Assembly (NCBI GenBank): GCA_963769025.1
Contig: CAVYKI010000003.1
Location: 192,001 to 256,000 of the forward strand
Direction: 5' to 3'
DNA: 64,000 nt
Source: an uncultured Verrucomicrobiae bacterium
Lineage (GTDB): Bacteria; Verrucomicrobiota; Verrucomicrobiia; Chthoniobacterales; Chthoniobacteraceae
Within the stretch, counting starts at the first letter, position 1. Every line of letters begins with the position of its first letter. The position numbers and the translations under genes are program-made. The notes below the pieces were generated by a model, which saw only the letters and a list, made by a program, of their open reading frames with translations, did not search any database and was not told the origin of the DNA. Positions 10,827 through 20,519 of this stretch are shown here, one piece after another.

Positions 10827-12089
10827 TCAGAGCTGCGGGAGTTCCTCGCGGCCCATCTCGCGCTCCTCGCGCGTCGCCAGGGTCTTCACTTTCAGCCGCG
10901 GCCATTCATCTCCGACGACCACGGAAAGCCGCGCCCCGAGATTTTCGGCGGCTTGGAATTGCTTGCCGACCTTCGCCGGCGCGAGCGCGAAATCCGTGCG
11001 CTTGCCGGCGTCGCGCAGCTCCTGCACGAGCGCTAGCGCCTGCGGCCGCAGCTCCTCCTTGGCGATGACGACGTAAAGATCGCACGCGTGCTGCGCGGCG
11101 CACCACGCATCGAGCTTCGCCTTCGCTGCCGGGATTTCGTCGAGGAGATTCAGCAGCACCACGTCGCCCATGCCGAAGCCGAGCGCGGGCAGGTCCACCT
11201 TGCCGTCGCTCATCAGCGCCAGCAGCCGGTCGTAACGTCCGCCGCCGGCGAGCGCGCGCTCGTTCTTTGCGCGATCGAAGACCTCGAAGACGACGCCCGT
11301 GTAGTAAGCGAGCCCGCGCACGATGGCGTAGTCCACCTCGACGTATCCGCCGAGCCCGCGCGCCTGCAGGTCGGCTAGGATCGGCGCGAGTTCGGTCGTC
11401 GGTTCCTTGCTGCGCATGAAGCTGAAAAGCGCATCGCCCGTCATCCCGAATTTCGCCAGGGCCGCGTGCGTCTTCTCGGGGCCGGCGCGCTCGGCCTTGT
11501 CCACGATTTGGAAAAACTCGTATTCGTCGTCCGGCGTCAGCGCCGCGCCGTCTGCACGTTTCGCATTCGTCTGGAAAAAATCCTGCCACGCCGTGCGGCT
11601 GGAGAGCCGCACGACGAAATCATTTTCCGTCAGCCCGCACGCGCGGAGCATGTCGATCTGCACGGCGAGCAGCTCGGCATCCGCGGCAGACGATGCTTCG
11701 CCGATGATGTCGCAGTTGAGCTGGTAGAACTCGCGCAGGCGGCCGCGCTGCTGGCGCTCGTGGCGGAAGAAATTCGGGACGCAAAACCACTTGAGCGGCT
11801 TTTTGAAATCACGCTCCCGGGCGGCGACCATGCGGGCGAGCGTCGGTGTCATTTCGGGACGGAGCGCGCCTTTCACCGCGCCGGGCTCGGCGGTCACGCC
11901 GACGGTGAAAAGCTGGCCGACGAGTTCGCCGCCGCTCTTCTTTTCGTAAAGCTCCATGGACTCGACCACCGGGCCGTCGAACTCGACGAAGCCGTAGCGC
12001 CGCGCGACGGCGCGCCACGTTTCGAGCACGTAGTTTCTCCGCGCGCAGTCGGCGGGGTAAAAATCTCGGAAACCGGGAAGCTTGTCCAT
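10827..12089 (-). CDS. hisS: Histidine--tRNA ligase
   Basis: LPGFRDFYP, LRPEMT, FRHERQQRGRLREFYQ, VRGLAYYTG, GGGRYD, C-terminal anticodon domain. Confidence 0.96.
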   Translation of the reverse strand: MDKLPGFRDFYPADCARRNYVLETWRAVARRYGFVEFDGPVVESMELYEKKSGGELVGQLFTVGVTAEPGAVKGALRPEMTPTLARMVAARERDFKKPLKWFCVPNFFRHERQQRGRLREFYQLNCDIIGEASSAADAELLAVQIDMLRACGLTENDFVVRLSSRTAWQDFFQTNAKRADGAALTPDDEYEFFQIVDKAERAGPEKTHAALAKFGMTGDALFSFMRSKEPTTELAPILADLQARGLGGYVEVDYAIVRGLAYYTGVVFEVFDRAKNERALAGGGRYDRLLALMSDGKVDLPALGFGMGDVVLLNLLDEIPAAKAKLDAWCAAQHACDLYVVIAKEELRPQALALVQELRDAGKRTDFALAPAKVGKQFQAAENLGARLSVVVGDEWPRLKVKTLATREEREMGREELPQL

Positions 12090-12200
12090 AATCGTGGGCG
12101 GCGGAGGCTAGGCGGCGCGAACGGGTGCGCAAGGCGGAAGCGGGGCCCGCCGAAGATTCCGCTCCCCTGCGGGCGGGGATTCGTGCTCTTGGTAAGGGCG

Positions 12201-13229
12201 ATGCTCGGCCGCCTCACTCTCCGCCACTTTCGCTGCTTCGAGCAGTTTGAGACGGAGTTTGCGCCGGGGACGAATTTCATCGTGGGGCCGAATGCGCACG
12301 GGAAGACGTCGCTGCTGGAGGCCGCGTGCATCCTGCTACGGCTGCAGTCGCCGCGCATCAGCCAGCTCGCGCGGGTGATTCAGCACGGCCGGCGCGGCTT
12401 CGTGACGGATGGCTACCACGGCGCGCGGCACCTGCAGTTTTACTACAGCCCGCAGAAAAAGAAGATCGCGCTCGACGCCGTGGAGCAGACGAACGCCAAG
12501 GAGTGGCTGCAGATCGGGCGCGTCGTGTGGCTCGGGAATGATGACATCGAACTGGTGCGCGGCTCGGCGGAGAAAAGGCGGCGCTTCCTGGATTTCACCG
12601 GGATGCAGCGCGATGCGGGCTACCGGGCTTCGCTGCGATCGTTCGAGCACGCGCTGCGCTCGCGGAATCACCTGCTGAAGCAGCCTTCGCAGCGGTGGCG
12701 GGAGATCGCGGCGTTCGACCAGCCGCTCATCGAGCACGGCAGCTACGTGAGCGCGGCGCGGCGGAACCTGCTCGCCGAATTGGAGGCGGAGGCGGACGCG
12801 GCGCACTTTGCCATCAGCGGCAAGCGCGAGTCGCTGCGGCTCGAATACGCGGCTGGCGACGGAGGGGATTACGCGGCGGCGCTCGCGACGGCGCAACGCG
12901 AGGATGCGCGGCTGCGGCAGACGACCGTGGGGCCGCACCGTGACGACGTGCGCTTTTTTCTGAACGCCGGCAGCGCCGACGATGCGAGCGAAGGGCAGCA
13001 GCGCACGCTCGTGCTCGCGCTGAAGCTCGGCGCGGCACGGATGCTGGAGCGGCATTTCGGAACGCCGCCCCTGCTGCTGCTGGACGACATTTTCGGCGAA
13101 CTCGATCCGGAGCGCCGCAATGCGCTGCTCGCCGCGCTGCCGGAGAACGCGCAGCGGATCATCACGACGACCCATCTCGGCTGGATGCCGGACGCCGGGA
13201 CCGCGCACGTGCTCCGGCTCGGGCAGTAA
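12201..13229 (+). CDS. recF: DNA replication and repair protein RecF
   Basis: Starts MLGRLTLRHFRC; GPNAHGKTSLLEA, GPHRDD, SEGQQRT, LLLDDIFGELD. Confidence 0.92.
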   Translation: MLGRLTLRHFRCFEQFETEFAPGTNFIVGPNAHGKTSLLEAACILLRLQSPRISQLARVIQHGRRGFVTDGYHGARHLQFYYSPQKKKIALDAVEQTNAKEWLQIGRVVWLGNDDIELVRGSAEKRRRFLDFTGMQRDAGYRASLRSFEHALRSRNHLLKQPSQRWREIAAFDQPLIEHGSYVSAARRNLLAELEAEADAAHFAISGKRESLRLEYAAGDGGDYAAALATAQREDARLRQTTVGPHRDDVRFFLNAGSADDASEGQQRTLVLALKLGAARMLERHFGTPPLLLLDDIFGELDPERRNALLAALPENAQRIITTTHLGWMPDAGTAHVLRLGQ

Positions 13230-13286
13230 CGCGGCACTCCCACCGGCGCTATGGACAACCCTGGCGCCGCGTTGTTTAACGGCACC

Positions 13287-14057
13287 ATGACCCTCCGAAC
13301 CTTCCTCCTCACGACCATGCTCGCCGCCTCACTCCCCTCCTTCGCCGCTGAACCGGACACGCGCTGTTTCGAGATGCGCACCTACTACGCGCCCGCCGGG
13401 AAGCTTGACGACCTGCTGGCGCGCTTCCGCGACCACACGGTGAAGCTTTTTGAAAAGCACGGCATCACGAACATCGGCTACTGGGTTCCGCTCGATAACA
13501 AGGACAACAAGCTGGTGTACATCATCGCATTTCCAAATCGCGAGGCACGCGAGGGGAAGGACGGATCATGGAAGGCATTCGCTGCGGACCCGGCGTGGCA
13601 GGAGGCCCGCAAGGCTTCCGAAGTGAACGGGAAACTCGTGGAAAAAGTTGAGTTCGTGTTCCTGACCGCGACGGATTTTTCGCCGGCGATCAAGCCGTCG
13701 GTCGCCGGCCCGCGCGTGTTCGAACTGCGGACTTACACGACGACGCCCGGCAATCTCGGCCGGCTGCAGGGGCGTTTTCGCGATCACACGCTCGCACTAT
13801 TTGCGAAGCATGGGATGACGAACCTCTTCTACTGGACGCCGATGGCCGACCAGAAGGGCGCGGACAATACGCTGGTGTACCTGCTCGCGCACAAGGACGC
13901 CGATGCGGCGAAGGCGTCATTCGGGGCGTTCCGGGCTGACCCGGCGTGGGTCGCCGCGAAGGAGGCGAGCGAAAAGGCGGGCGGCGGATCGCTCACGGTG
14001 CCGGACGGGGTGAAATCGGAGTTCCTGAAGGCGATGGATTTTTCACCGGTCCGGTAG
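13287..14057 (+). CDS. Secreted tandem-NIPSNAP domain protein
   Basis: Signal peptide, then two repeats of FE(M/L)RTY...RFRDHT..LF.KHG.TN..YW...LVY...F.ADPAW. Confidence 0.88.
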   Translation: MTLRTFLLTTMLAASLPSFAAEPDTRCFEMRTYYAPAGKLDDLLARFRDHTVKLFEKHGITNIGYWVPLDNKDNKLVYIIAFPNREAREGKDGSWKAFAADPAWQEARKASEVNGKLVEKVEFVFLTATDFSPAIKPSVAGPRVFELRTYTTTPGNLGRLQGRFRDHTLALFAKHGMTNLFYWTPMADQKGADNTLVYLLAHKDADAAKASFGAFRADPAWVAAKEASEKAGGGSLTVPDGVKSEFLKAMDFSPVR

Positions 14058-14149
14058 GGCGAGGCGCACGGGGCGGGCGCAGCGCCATTGCGCGACGGCA
14101 GGGCTCTTGCTATACGCATGGCTTTTACAAGCCCCGATCGACCCGACGA

Positions 14150-14479
14150 ATGCCGACCTACGAATACGAATGTGAGAAATGCCAGGGCGCCTTTGAGTGC
14201 GTGCAGTCCATGAAGGACGACCCGTTCAAGACATGCCCGAAGGAACTTTGCCGCATGAAAAAATGGGGCAAGGGCAAGGTGCGGCGGCTCATGGGCACGG
14301 GCGCGGGGCTGATTTTCAAGGGCTCGGGCTTTTACATCACCGACTACCGCTCGGAAGGCTACAAGGCCGCGGCTAAGAAGGACTCCGCGGATTCCACGCC
14401 CGCCAAGCCCGCAGAGAGCAAACCCGCGGAGAGCAAGCCGGCCCCGCCGAGCCCGAAAACTCCAGCAAAGAAACCCTGA
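14150..14479 (+). CDS. FmdB family zinc-ribbon protein
   Basis: MPTYEYECEKC...CP...IFKGSGFYITDY followed by a low-complexity PAESK tail. Confidence 0.9.
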   Translation: MPTYEYECEKCQGAFECVQSMKDDPFKTCPKELCRMKKWGKGKVRRLMGTGAGLIFKGSGFYITDYRSEGYKAAAKKDSADSTPAKPAESKPAESKPAPPSPKTPAKKP

Positions 14480-14507
14480 GCACGACCGCTCCACCATCCC
14501 CTTCCCT

Positions 14508-15278
14508 ATGCAAAAGACCGACCCGCGCAGACTCGTCTGCACCCAGTGCAAACACGAAAACGAAATCGAACGCGTTTACTGCCACAACTGCGGAGAAAAG
14601 CTCGACCGTTCCCTGCTGCCGCAAATCGACGAGGTGAAGTCCGCCGAGGATCAGTCAAAGAACGCCAGGAAAATCAAAAGCATGATGAACCCCAACCGGT
14701 TCGCATTGGCGCGCAGCGTGAAGACGTTCGTCCTCCTCCTCATCTTCGCCGCGCTCGTCGCAGTGGCGTACCTCGCGACCCAGGCTCCTGCAAACGTGCC
14801 GCCGATGAAATCCGATCGCCTGGCGGACATCGAAGTGACCGAGGTGTGGAGCGGGATGATGAACACCCGCCCCGCGGTGTCCGTCGCGCTCAAGGAATTC
14901 GACGTCAACTCTTACCTGCGCAAGACCGTGAAAGGGGCTGACGGGGCGCTCGGGACGAAGTTCGAGCGGGCCTTTGCTCAGTTTGAACCGGGGGTCGTCA
15001 CCGTCGTCACCCAGCGCAACGCGTGGGGATTGCCACTCTACAACAGTGTTTCGTTCAAGCCCGTCCTCGCGGATGGAAAGTGGACCGCGGATGTCCAGAA
15101 GGTCGCCATCGGCAGGCTCATGATCCCCGGCAAGCTGGCGAAGCTGACGAAACTGGACACGGTCGTCCTCAGCCCGTTCTCGAAGGTTTTTGAAAGGGAG
15201 ATCAAACAACTCGATCGCCTGGCCACCATCGAGCCCGGAGAGAATGTGATCTCGCTGGCAACAAAGCCCGCGCAATGA
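14508..15278 (+). CDS. Hypothetical membrane protein with N-terminal zinc ribbon
   Basis: CTQC...CHNCG double CxxC, one TM helix (FVLLLIFAALVAVAYLA), soluble C-terminal domain. Confidence 0.75.
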   Translation: MQKTDPRRLVCTQCKHENEIERVYCHNCGEKLDRSLLPQIDEVKSAEDQSKNARKIKSMMNPNRFALARSVKTFVLLLIFAALVAVAYLATQAPANVPPMKSDRLADIEVTEVWSGMMNTRPAVSVALKEFDVNSYLRKTVKGADGALGTKFERAFAQFEPGVVTVVTQRNAWGLPLYNSVSFKPVLADGKWTADVQKVAIGRLMIPGKLAKLTKLDTVVLSPFSKVFEREIKQLDRLATIEPGENVISLATKPAQ

Positions 15279-16657
15279 CGCCGCGCCCGACGAGGGGCCG
15301 TTTCATTTTTCTGCAGCTCGCGCTGCTGTCCGTGGTGGCAGTCAGCTTCGCCGTGGACCTGAGGCACCGCAGCGTCAGCAGCTCCGGGCAGTTCGTCATC
15401 TACAGCGGTGACCGGGAGCTGCGCGGGCGGGTCGTCGGTTTTGTCGAGGAGATCAAGGCCGGCCTCCTCCGGGAGCTGCGCGAGGGCGACGACTGGAAAT
15501 TCCCGATCGTGGTCGCCATCGAGCCCGACCCGGAGCCGCAGGCGAACATGGCCCCGGTGACGATCACGCTTGTGAGCACCGTGGCCGGGCCCAAGGTGGA
15601 TGTCGCAGTCCGGATCGGCGCCGATCCCACGAAGGTTTTCCTGCAGCGGAACATCGTCCACGCGCTGCTGCTGGAACTGATCTACCGCGAGCGCCCGGCG
15701 TTCAAGGGCGGAGCGCGTTACGCCGAGCCGCCATGGTGGCTGGTGGAGGGATTGCTCCAGCGCATCCGCAGCCGCAGCGGCATGCGCGACCCGGACATTT
15801 TCAAGAGCATCGTGAACACCGAGAAGCTGCCGTCGCTCGAAAAACTGCTCACCCAGCCGCCGCTGCACCTCGACACTGCGGCCGGCGCTGTGGACCGGGC
15901 GAGCGCGCTCGCGCTGGTCGAGGCATTGCTGGCCCTGCCTTCCGGGCCTGCGAATCTCGGGCGCTTCATCCGGGCCTGGCCGGACGCCGGTGCCGATCCG
16001 CTCGCGCTGCTCGCGAAACATTTTCCCACCCTCGGCGCCTCGCCTCAGAGCCTCGTGAAGTGGTGGACGCTGCAGCTCGCAGCGCTCAGCAAATCCGAGA
16101 CGTTGCGCGGTCTCAGCCCGACGCAGGCCGATGCGGAACTCCGCGCATTGCTCACCTTCGAGATCTCCACCGGCAAGCCGCCGCGCGCCGAGCGCTTCGC
16201 GGTGGCGGATTTTGAAAAATACATCAAGCTCCCCGGCGCGCGTCCGGCGCTGCGCATCGCGCAGGTGAAGATCGCCACGCTGAGCACCAAGTCACACCTG
16301 CTTTTCCGGCCCATCGTCTCGGAATACGAGGAAGTGTGCGGCCTCCTCGCCAGCGGCAAGACGGCGGGAATCGCCGAGCGGCTCGCCCGGGCCGACCGGT
16401 TCCGCGCCACAATGCTGCAGCGCTTCGGCGACATCACCGACTACCTGAATTGGTACGAAGCCACGCAGACGCCGGGGAGCACGGGCGAATTCGACAGTTA
16501 CCTGCGCGCCGTCGAGAGGATCGAATCACAGAAGCCGCCCGTCATCCCCGTAAACCCGAAGATCGCCGACTACCTCGATTCGCTGGAACAGGAATTTGCG
16601 CCGCTGCGCCCGAACATGATCCCCGGAACGGATTCCCGCGGGAATGCCGGCCGGTAA
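15275..16657 (+). CDS. Hypothetical exported protein
   Basis: 460-aa ORF with N-terminal hydrophobic segment; ATGA overlap with the previous gene; typical codon usage. Confidence 0.72.
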   Translation: MTPRPTRGRFIFLQLALLSVVAVSFAVDLRHRSVSSSGQFVIYSGDRELRGRVVGFVEEIKAGLLRELREGDDWKFPIVVAIEPDPEPQANMAPVTITLVSTVAGPKVDVAVRIGADPTKVFLQRNIVHALLLELIYRERPAFKGGARYAEPPWWLVEGLLQRIRSRSGMRDPDIFKSIVNTEKLPSLEKLLTQPPLHLDTAAGAVDRASALALVEALLALPSGPANLGRFIRAWPDAGADPLALLAKHFPTLGASPQSLVKWWTLQLAALSKSETLRGLSPTQADAELRALLTFEISTGKPPRAERFAVADFEKYIKLPGARPALRIAQVKIATLSTKSHLLFRPIVSEYEEVCGLLASGKTAGIAERLARADRFRATMLQRFGDITDYLNWYEATQTPGSTGEFDSYLRAVERIESQKPPVIPVNPKIADYLDSLEQEFAPLRPNMIPGTDSRGNAGR

Positions 16658-16681
16658 TCCCCCGACCGCCGAACGCGTTCG

Positions 16682-17797
16682 TCACGAACGCACGAACAGC
16701 CAGTAAGCAGTCCCGCTGAGGATGGCCGCGCACGGGAGCGTCAGCAGCCATGAAAGGAGAATGCCCGAAACGACGCGGGGATCGGCCTGCCGCGTCGTGG
16801 CGCCGATGCCGAATAGCGCGCCCACGGAGACGTGGGTCGTCGAGACCGGCATCCCGAACATGCTCGCACCGATCACGAGAATGCCGGTGGCCAGGTTCGC
16901 GGAAAAACCCTGCCCGTGATTCATCGTGGTGATTTTGTGGCTCATGGTCTCCGCGACGCGGCGGGCGCCCAGCACGCCGCCGACAGCGATGGCGAGCGCC
17001 ACCAAAAGCAGGCCCAGCCGGATGTCGAACGCCTGCACGACGAGGAGCAAGGCGGCCATCTTCGGCGTGTCGTTCAGGCCGCGCGCGAAGCTCACGACGC
17101 CCGAGCTGACAAAATGTGCGGCGTCCATCGTCCGCTGGCAGTTCACGCCCAAATACGTGCCGGAGTAGCGCTCCGCGCATTGCTCCTCGCTGTCCATGAC
17201 CAAGGCCAGCCCATCGACGCGCTGCATGGCGAATACCGACGCCGGCTGCGGGATCGGGACGACCCGTTGCTCCGAGCCGATGCAGACGCAGGATTCCTTC
17301 GTGATGCCAAGCCGCAGGCGCACGAAGCGGAGCGCCAGGTAGATCAGCGCGCCGAGCAAGACCGCCAGCACGGGAGCGAGCAGCAACGGCAGAAAAAACT
17401 GCCTGCCGAGAACCGCGAAGCCCACGTGTCCGCCCACCGCAGCCAGACCGCTCCCGACAATGGCCCCAGTGAGGCCATGGGTCGTGGAAATGGGGAACCC
17501 GAAACGGGTGGCGAGGATGACGGTGAAACCGGCACCGAGCGCGACGGCCATGAGGAAAGGTTCCGAGCCCGCGAGCGCATCGGGCACGAGGCCCTTGCCG
17601 GAGAATTTTTTCAGGAGCGCCTGCGCGAGGAAAATGGAGCAAACGGAGCCCGCGAACGTGGTGATGGTGGCCCAGGTGATGGCCGTGCGGTAACCCGTCG
17701 TGCGACTCCCGAACAAGGACGCGACGCCCTTGAAATTATCGTTCGCGCCGTTCGAGAAGGCGAGGAAGGCGACTGCGATGAGGAGGATGATGGTCAT
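16682..17797 (-). CDS. PiT (PHO4) family inorganic anion/phosphate transporter
   Basis: NGANDNFKG, PISTTH, GLNDTPK, PVSTTH; multiple TM helices. Confidence 0.88.
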   Translation of the reverse strand: MTIILLIAVAFLAFSNGANDNFKGVASLFGSRTTGYRTAITWATITTFAGSVCSIFLAQALLKKFSGKGLVPDALAGSEPFLMAVALGAGFTVILATRFGFPISTTHGLTGAIVGSGLAAVGGHVGFAVLGRQFFLPLLLAPVLAVLLGALIYLALRFVRLRLGITKESCVCIGSEQRVVPIPQPASVFAMQRVDGLALVMDSEEQCAERYSGTYLGVNCQRTMDAAHFVSSGVVSFARGLNDTPKMAALLLVVQAFDIRLGLLLVALAIAVGGVLGARRVAETMSHKITTMNHGQGFSANLATGILVIGASMFGMPVSTTHVSVGALFGIGATTRQADPRVVSGILLSWLLTLPCAAILSGTAYWLFVRS

Positions 17798-17900
17798 TGG
17801 GGAGACGCGGCCATTCAGGCTGGCCGAGGCGCTGCTACACGGGACGTGCGGCTGATACACTGGAATCCGAAAGCATGCATGCGACTTCGATTTCTCATGA

Positions 17901-17929
17901 ATGACACTTGAGCGCCATCTGTTTGTAAC
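17901..17929 (+). promoter_or_regulatory. Pho-box-like 11-bp-period repeats upstream of the porin
   Basis: ATGACAC-ttga-GCGCCAT-ctgt-TTGTAAC at 17901/17912/17923, plus CTGTCAC at 17966; resembles the PhoB consensus CTGTCAT-N4. Confidence 0.4.
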
Positions 17930-17986
17930 ATGGGGGTGCCAGATTCACGCCGCACTCAAAACCACCTGTCACACAAAACTCCACTT

Positions 17987-19222
17987 ATGCTCAAAACCAC
18001 GCTTTCGCTGAGCCTCGCCTTCACCGCCGCCGCATTCGCCGGTCCGGCCCAGGTCACCAAGACCGAGGCCAAGGAAAAATCCGTTTACGATTCCATCTGG
18101 GATTCGCTGACGCTTTACAAAAACAAGGACGGCCTTTTCCTGAATGAATTCCGCATCACTGGCCGCGCGCACTTCGATTCATATTACACGGACTCGAACC
18201 TCGGCTGGGATCAGGACTGGACCGTGCGGCGCCTGCGCATCGGCGGAAAGGCCACGTTCTTCCAGAAGCTCGACATCCACGTGGAGGCCGACCTGGCCCC
18301 GCAGAACCTCGGCGGCGCGCTCTTCGTGGACGACCCGGTTTACCAGAAGCTCACGGATGCCTACGTGTCCTACAAGTTCAGCGATGCGCTGAAGCTGACG
18401 GTCGGCAAGCAGTCCGTGAAGTACACGCTCGATGGCGGCACTTCGTCGAACGAACTCATCACGATCGACCGCAACAACCTGGCGAACAACCTGTGGTTCA
18501 CGACCGAGTACATCAGCGGCGTGAGCGCGAGCGGAAAGCTGGGCAACTGGCAGTACAACACCGGCATCTTCTCCGGCGGCTCGATCTACGCGTCGCAGAG
18601 CGGATTTGCCAACAGCTCGAAGGAGTTCGGCAATTTCAACGGCGGCAACTTCTGGCTCGGCAGCGTCGGCTACGATTTCGCGAAGGCGCTGAACGTGAAG
18701 AAGGCGCTGCTGCGCGCGGACTTCGTCTATAACGACCCGAGCCCGCAGAGCAACGCGACGAAGAACTTCTCGCAAATCGGTTCGCTGACCTTCCAGTACG
18801 ACACCGGGCGCTGGGGCTTCTCGACGGATCTCGCGGCCGGCAACGGCTCGCTCGGGCAGAGCGACATGTGGGGCTTTGTGGCGATGCCGTGGTTTAACAT
18901 CACCGAGAAGCTGCAGGTCGTCGGCCGCTACACCTACATGTCCAGCGACAGCGCGGACGGGATCAGCTTCAACCGCTACGAAAATACGATGGCTGTGAAT
19001 ACGAACGCGAACGGCACATTCCGGACGAACGCGCTCGGCAGGGTGAGCTCGCAGCGCGGCGACGAATACAACGAGCTCTATGTCGGGCTGAACTACTTCC
19101 TCTACGGCCACAAGCTGAAGCTCCAGACCGGCTGGAACTACGCCTGGATGGGCGACAGCGCGAACAACGGCGGCAAGTACGCCGGCTGGACGTGGACGAC
19201 CGGGCTCCGCGTGAGCTGGTAA
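17987..19222 (+). CDS. Phosphate-selective porin (OprO/OprP-like)
   Basis: Signal peptide, VRRLRIG, DAYVSY, VGKQ, GLNYFLYGHKLKLQ, terminal W; first gene of the phoU-pst cluster. Confidence 0.85.
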   Translation: MLKTTLSLSLAFTAAAFAGPAQVTKTEAKEKSVYDSIWDSLTLYKNKDGLFLNEFRITGRAHFDSYYTDSNLGWDQDWTVRRLRIGGKATFFQKLDIHVEADLAPQNLGGALFVDDPVYQKLTDAYVSYKFSDALKLTVGKQSVKYTLDGGTSSNELITIDRNNLANNLWFTTEYISGVSASGKLGNWQYNTGIFSGGSIYASQSGFANSSKEFGNFNGGNFWLGSVGYDFAKALNVKKALLRADFVYNDPSPQSNATKNFSQIGSLTFQYDTGRWGFSTDLAAGNGSLGQSDMWGFVAMPWFNITEKLQVVGRYTYMSSDSADGISFNRYENTMAVNTNANGTFRTNALGRVSSQRGDEYNELYVGLNYFLYGHKLKLQTGWNYAWMGDSANNGGKYAGWTWTTGLRVSW

Positions 19223-19323
19223 TTTACGGGGTGCGGGATTCGCGCAGCCGCCGTTCGACCCGGCGCCGCCGAAACCGCACCTGTCCGTTCTCCGCTGTTG
19301 AACTCCACGACTGAAAGATTGCA

Positions 19324-19363
19324 GTGTCACAAGATTGGCTCCCGACTGCCACACAATCGTAAC
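19324..19363 (+). promoter_or_regulatory. Pho-box-like tandem repeats upstream of phoU
   Basis: GTGTCAC-aaga-TTGGCTC-ccga-CTGCCAC-acaa-TCGTAAC at exact 11-bp period (19324, 19335, 19346, 19357), ending 35 bp before phoU. Confidence 0.55.
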
Positions 19364-19398
19364 ATTCGTCCCGCAACCTCTCACCTTTCCAAAGCCTG

Positions 19399-20496
19399 AT
19401 GCCCTCGCACTACGAAGACTCACTCCAGAACGACATCGATCGGATCCGCAAGAAGGTCTCCGAAATGGCCCGGCTCGCGGAATGCGCGCTCGAAGCATGC
19501 CTGAAGGCGCTCGCCACCTGCGACCGACAAATCGCCTACGCGGTGATCTTGCGCGACCGGCGCATTGACGAGTTGGAGAAGGAGCTGGACCGGCTGTGCC
19601 TGGAGTTTCTCATCCGCCAGCAGCCCGTCGCACGGCATCTGCGGCTCGCATACATCACCATCCGCGTGAACCTCGAGCTCGAGCGCATCGGCGATTACGC
19701 GGAGAGCATTGCACGGCAGACGCTGAAGCTCGCGCGGATGAATGCGCAGATTCCCATCGAGCGTTTCCAGCAGATCGGCAGCCTCAGCATCCCGATGCTG
19801 CGCGACGCGGTGAAGGCGTTCATCGCGGGCGACGAGGCGCTCGCGCGGGATGTCATCACGCGTGAGGACGAGGTGGATGCGCTGCGGAATGTCATCAACA
19901 ACGAGCTGTTCCAACTGCGCGAGGACAACCTGATTCCGCTGGAGGCTCTGACGCCGCTGATGACCATCGCGCGCCGCTTTGAGCGCGTGTCCGACCAGGC
20001 CACGAACATCTGCGAGGAAGTCATCTACATGGTGACGGGCGAATATCCTCGCAAGCTCGGCGGCGACACGTGGCGCATGGTTTTCATCGACGATCGCCAT
20101 CACTGCCGCAGCCAGATGGCCGAGGCCATCGCCACGGCGCTCAACCGTCCGCAATTCGTCTTTGCCAGCGCGGGCCTGACCGCGACGGAGATCGATCCCG
20201 GCACTGTGGAATTCATGCGGAGCAAGGGCGTGGATCTCTCACACGCACAGAGCCGCAGCGTGGCACAGCTCCCGAATCTCGACGCCGCGCAAATCATCGT
20301 CGCGCTCTCGCCCGCGGCGAAAAAGGCATTCCCGAAACCGACCAAGGCCGTGTGCCTCGACTGGAGCCTGCCCGATCCATCGCTCCTCGCCGGAAACGAC
20401 GCGGAAAGGCGCGCGGCCTACGAGTCCGCCTACCAGTTTCTCCGCGAACACATCTCCGAACTCTGCGACGCCGTGCTCAGTGACAGCATCGGCTGA
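19399..20496 (+). CDS. phoU: Phosphate signalling protein PhoU fused to a C-terminal ArsC/LMW-PTP-like domain
   Basis: Two PhoU repeats (ELERIGDYAESIA, RFERVSDQATNICEEVIY), then CRSQMAEA, SAG, DWSLPDP of the LMW-PTP fold. Confidence 0.9.
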   Translation: MPSHYEDSLQNDIDRIRKKVSEMARLAECALEACLKALATCDRQIAYAVILRDRRIDELEKELDRLCLEFLIRQQPVARHLRLAYITIRVNLELERIGDYAESIARQTLKLARMNAQIPIERFQQIGSLSIPMLRDAVKAFIAGDEALARDVITREDEVDALRNVINNELFQLREDNLIPLEALTPLMTIARRFERVSDQATNICEEVIYMVTGEYPRKLGGDTWRMVFIDDRHHCRSQMAEAIATALNRPQFVFASAGLTATEIDPGTVEFMRSKGVDLSHAQSRSVAQLPNLDAAQIIVALSPAAKKAFPKPTKAVCLDWSLPDPSLLAGNDAERRAAYESAYQFLREHISELCDAVLSDSIG

Positions 20497-20519
20497 TTTT
20501 ACCAACAAACAAAGAATCC

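Noticed and set aside
14053..14080. GGTAGGGCG at the NIPSNAP stop as another REP copy
   Set aside because: No hairpin follows the GTAG.
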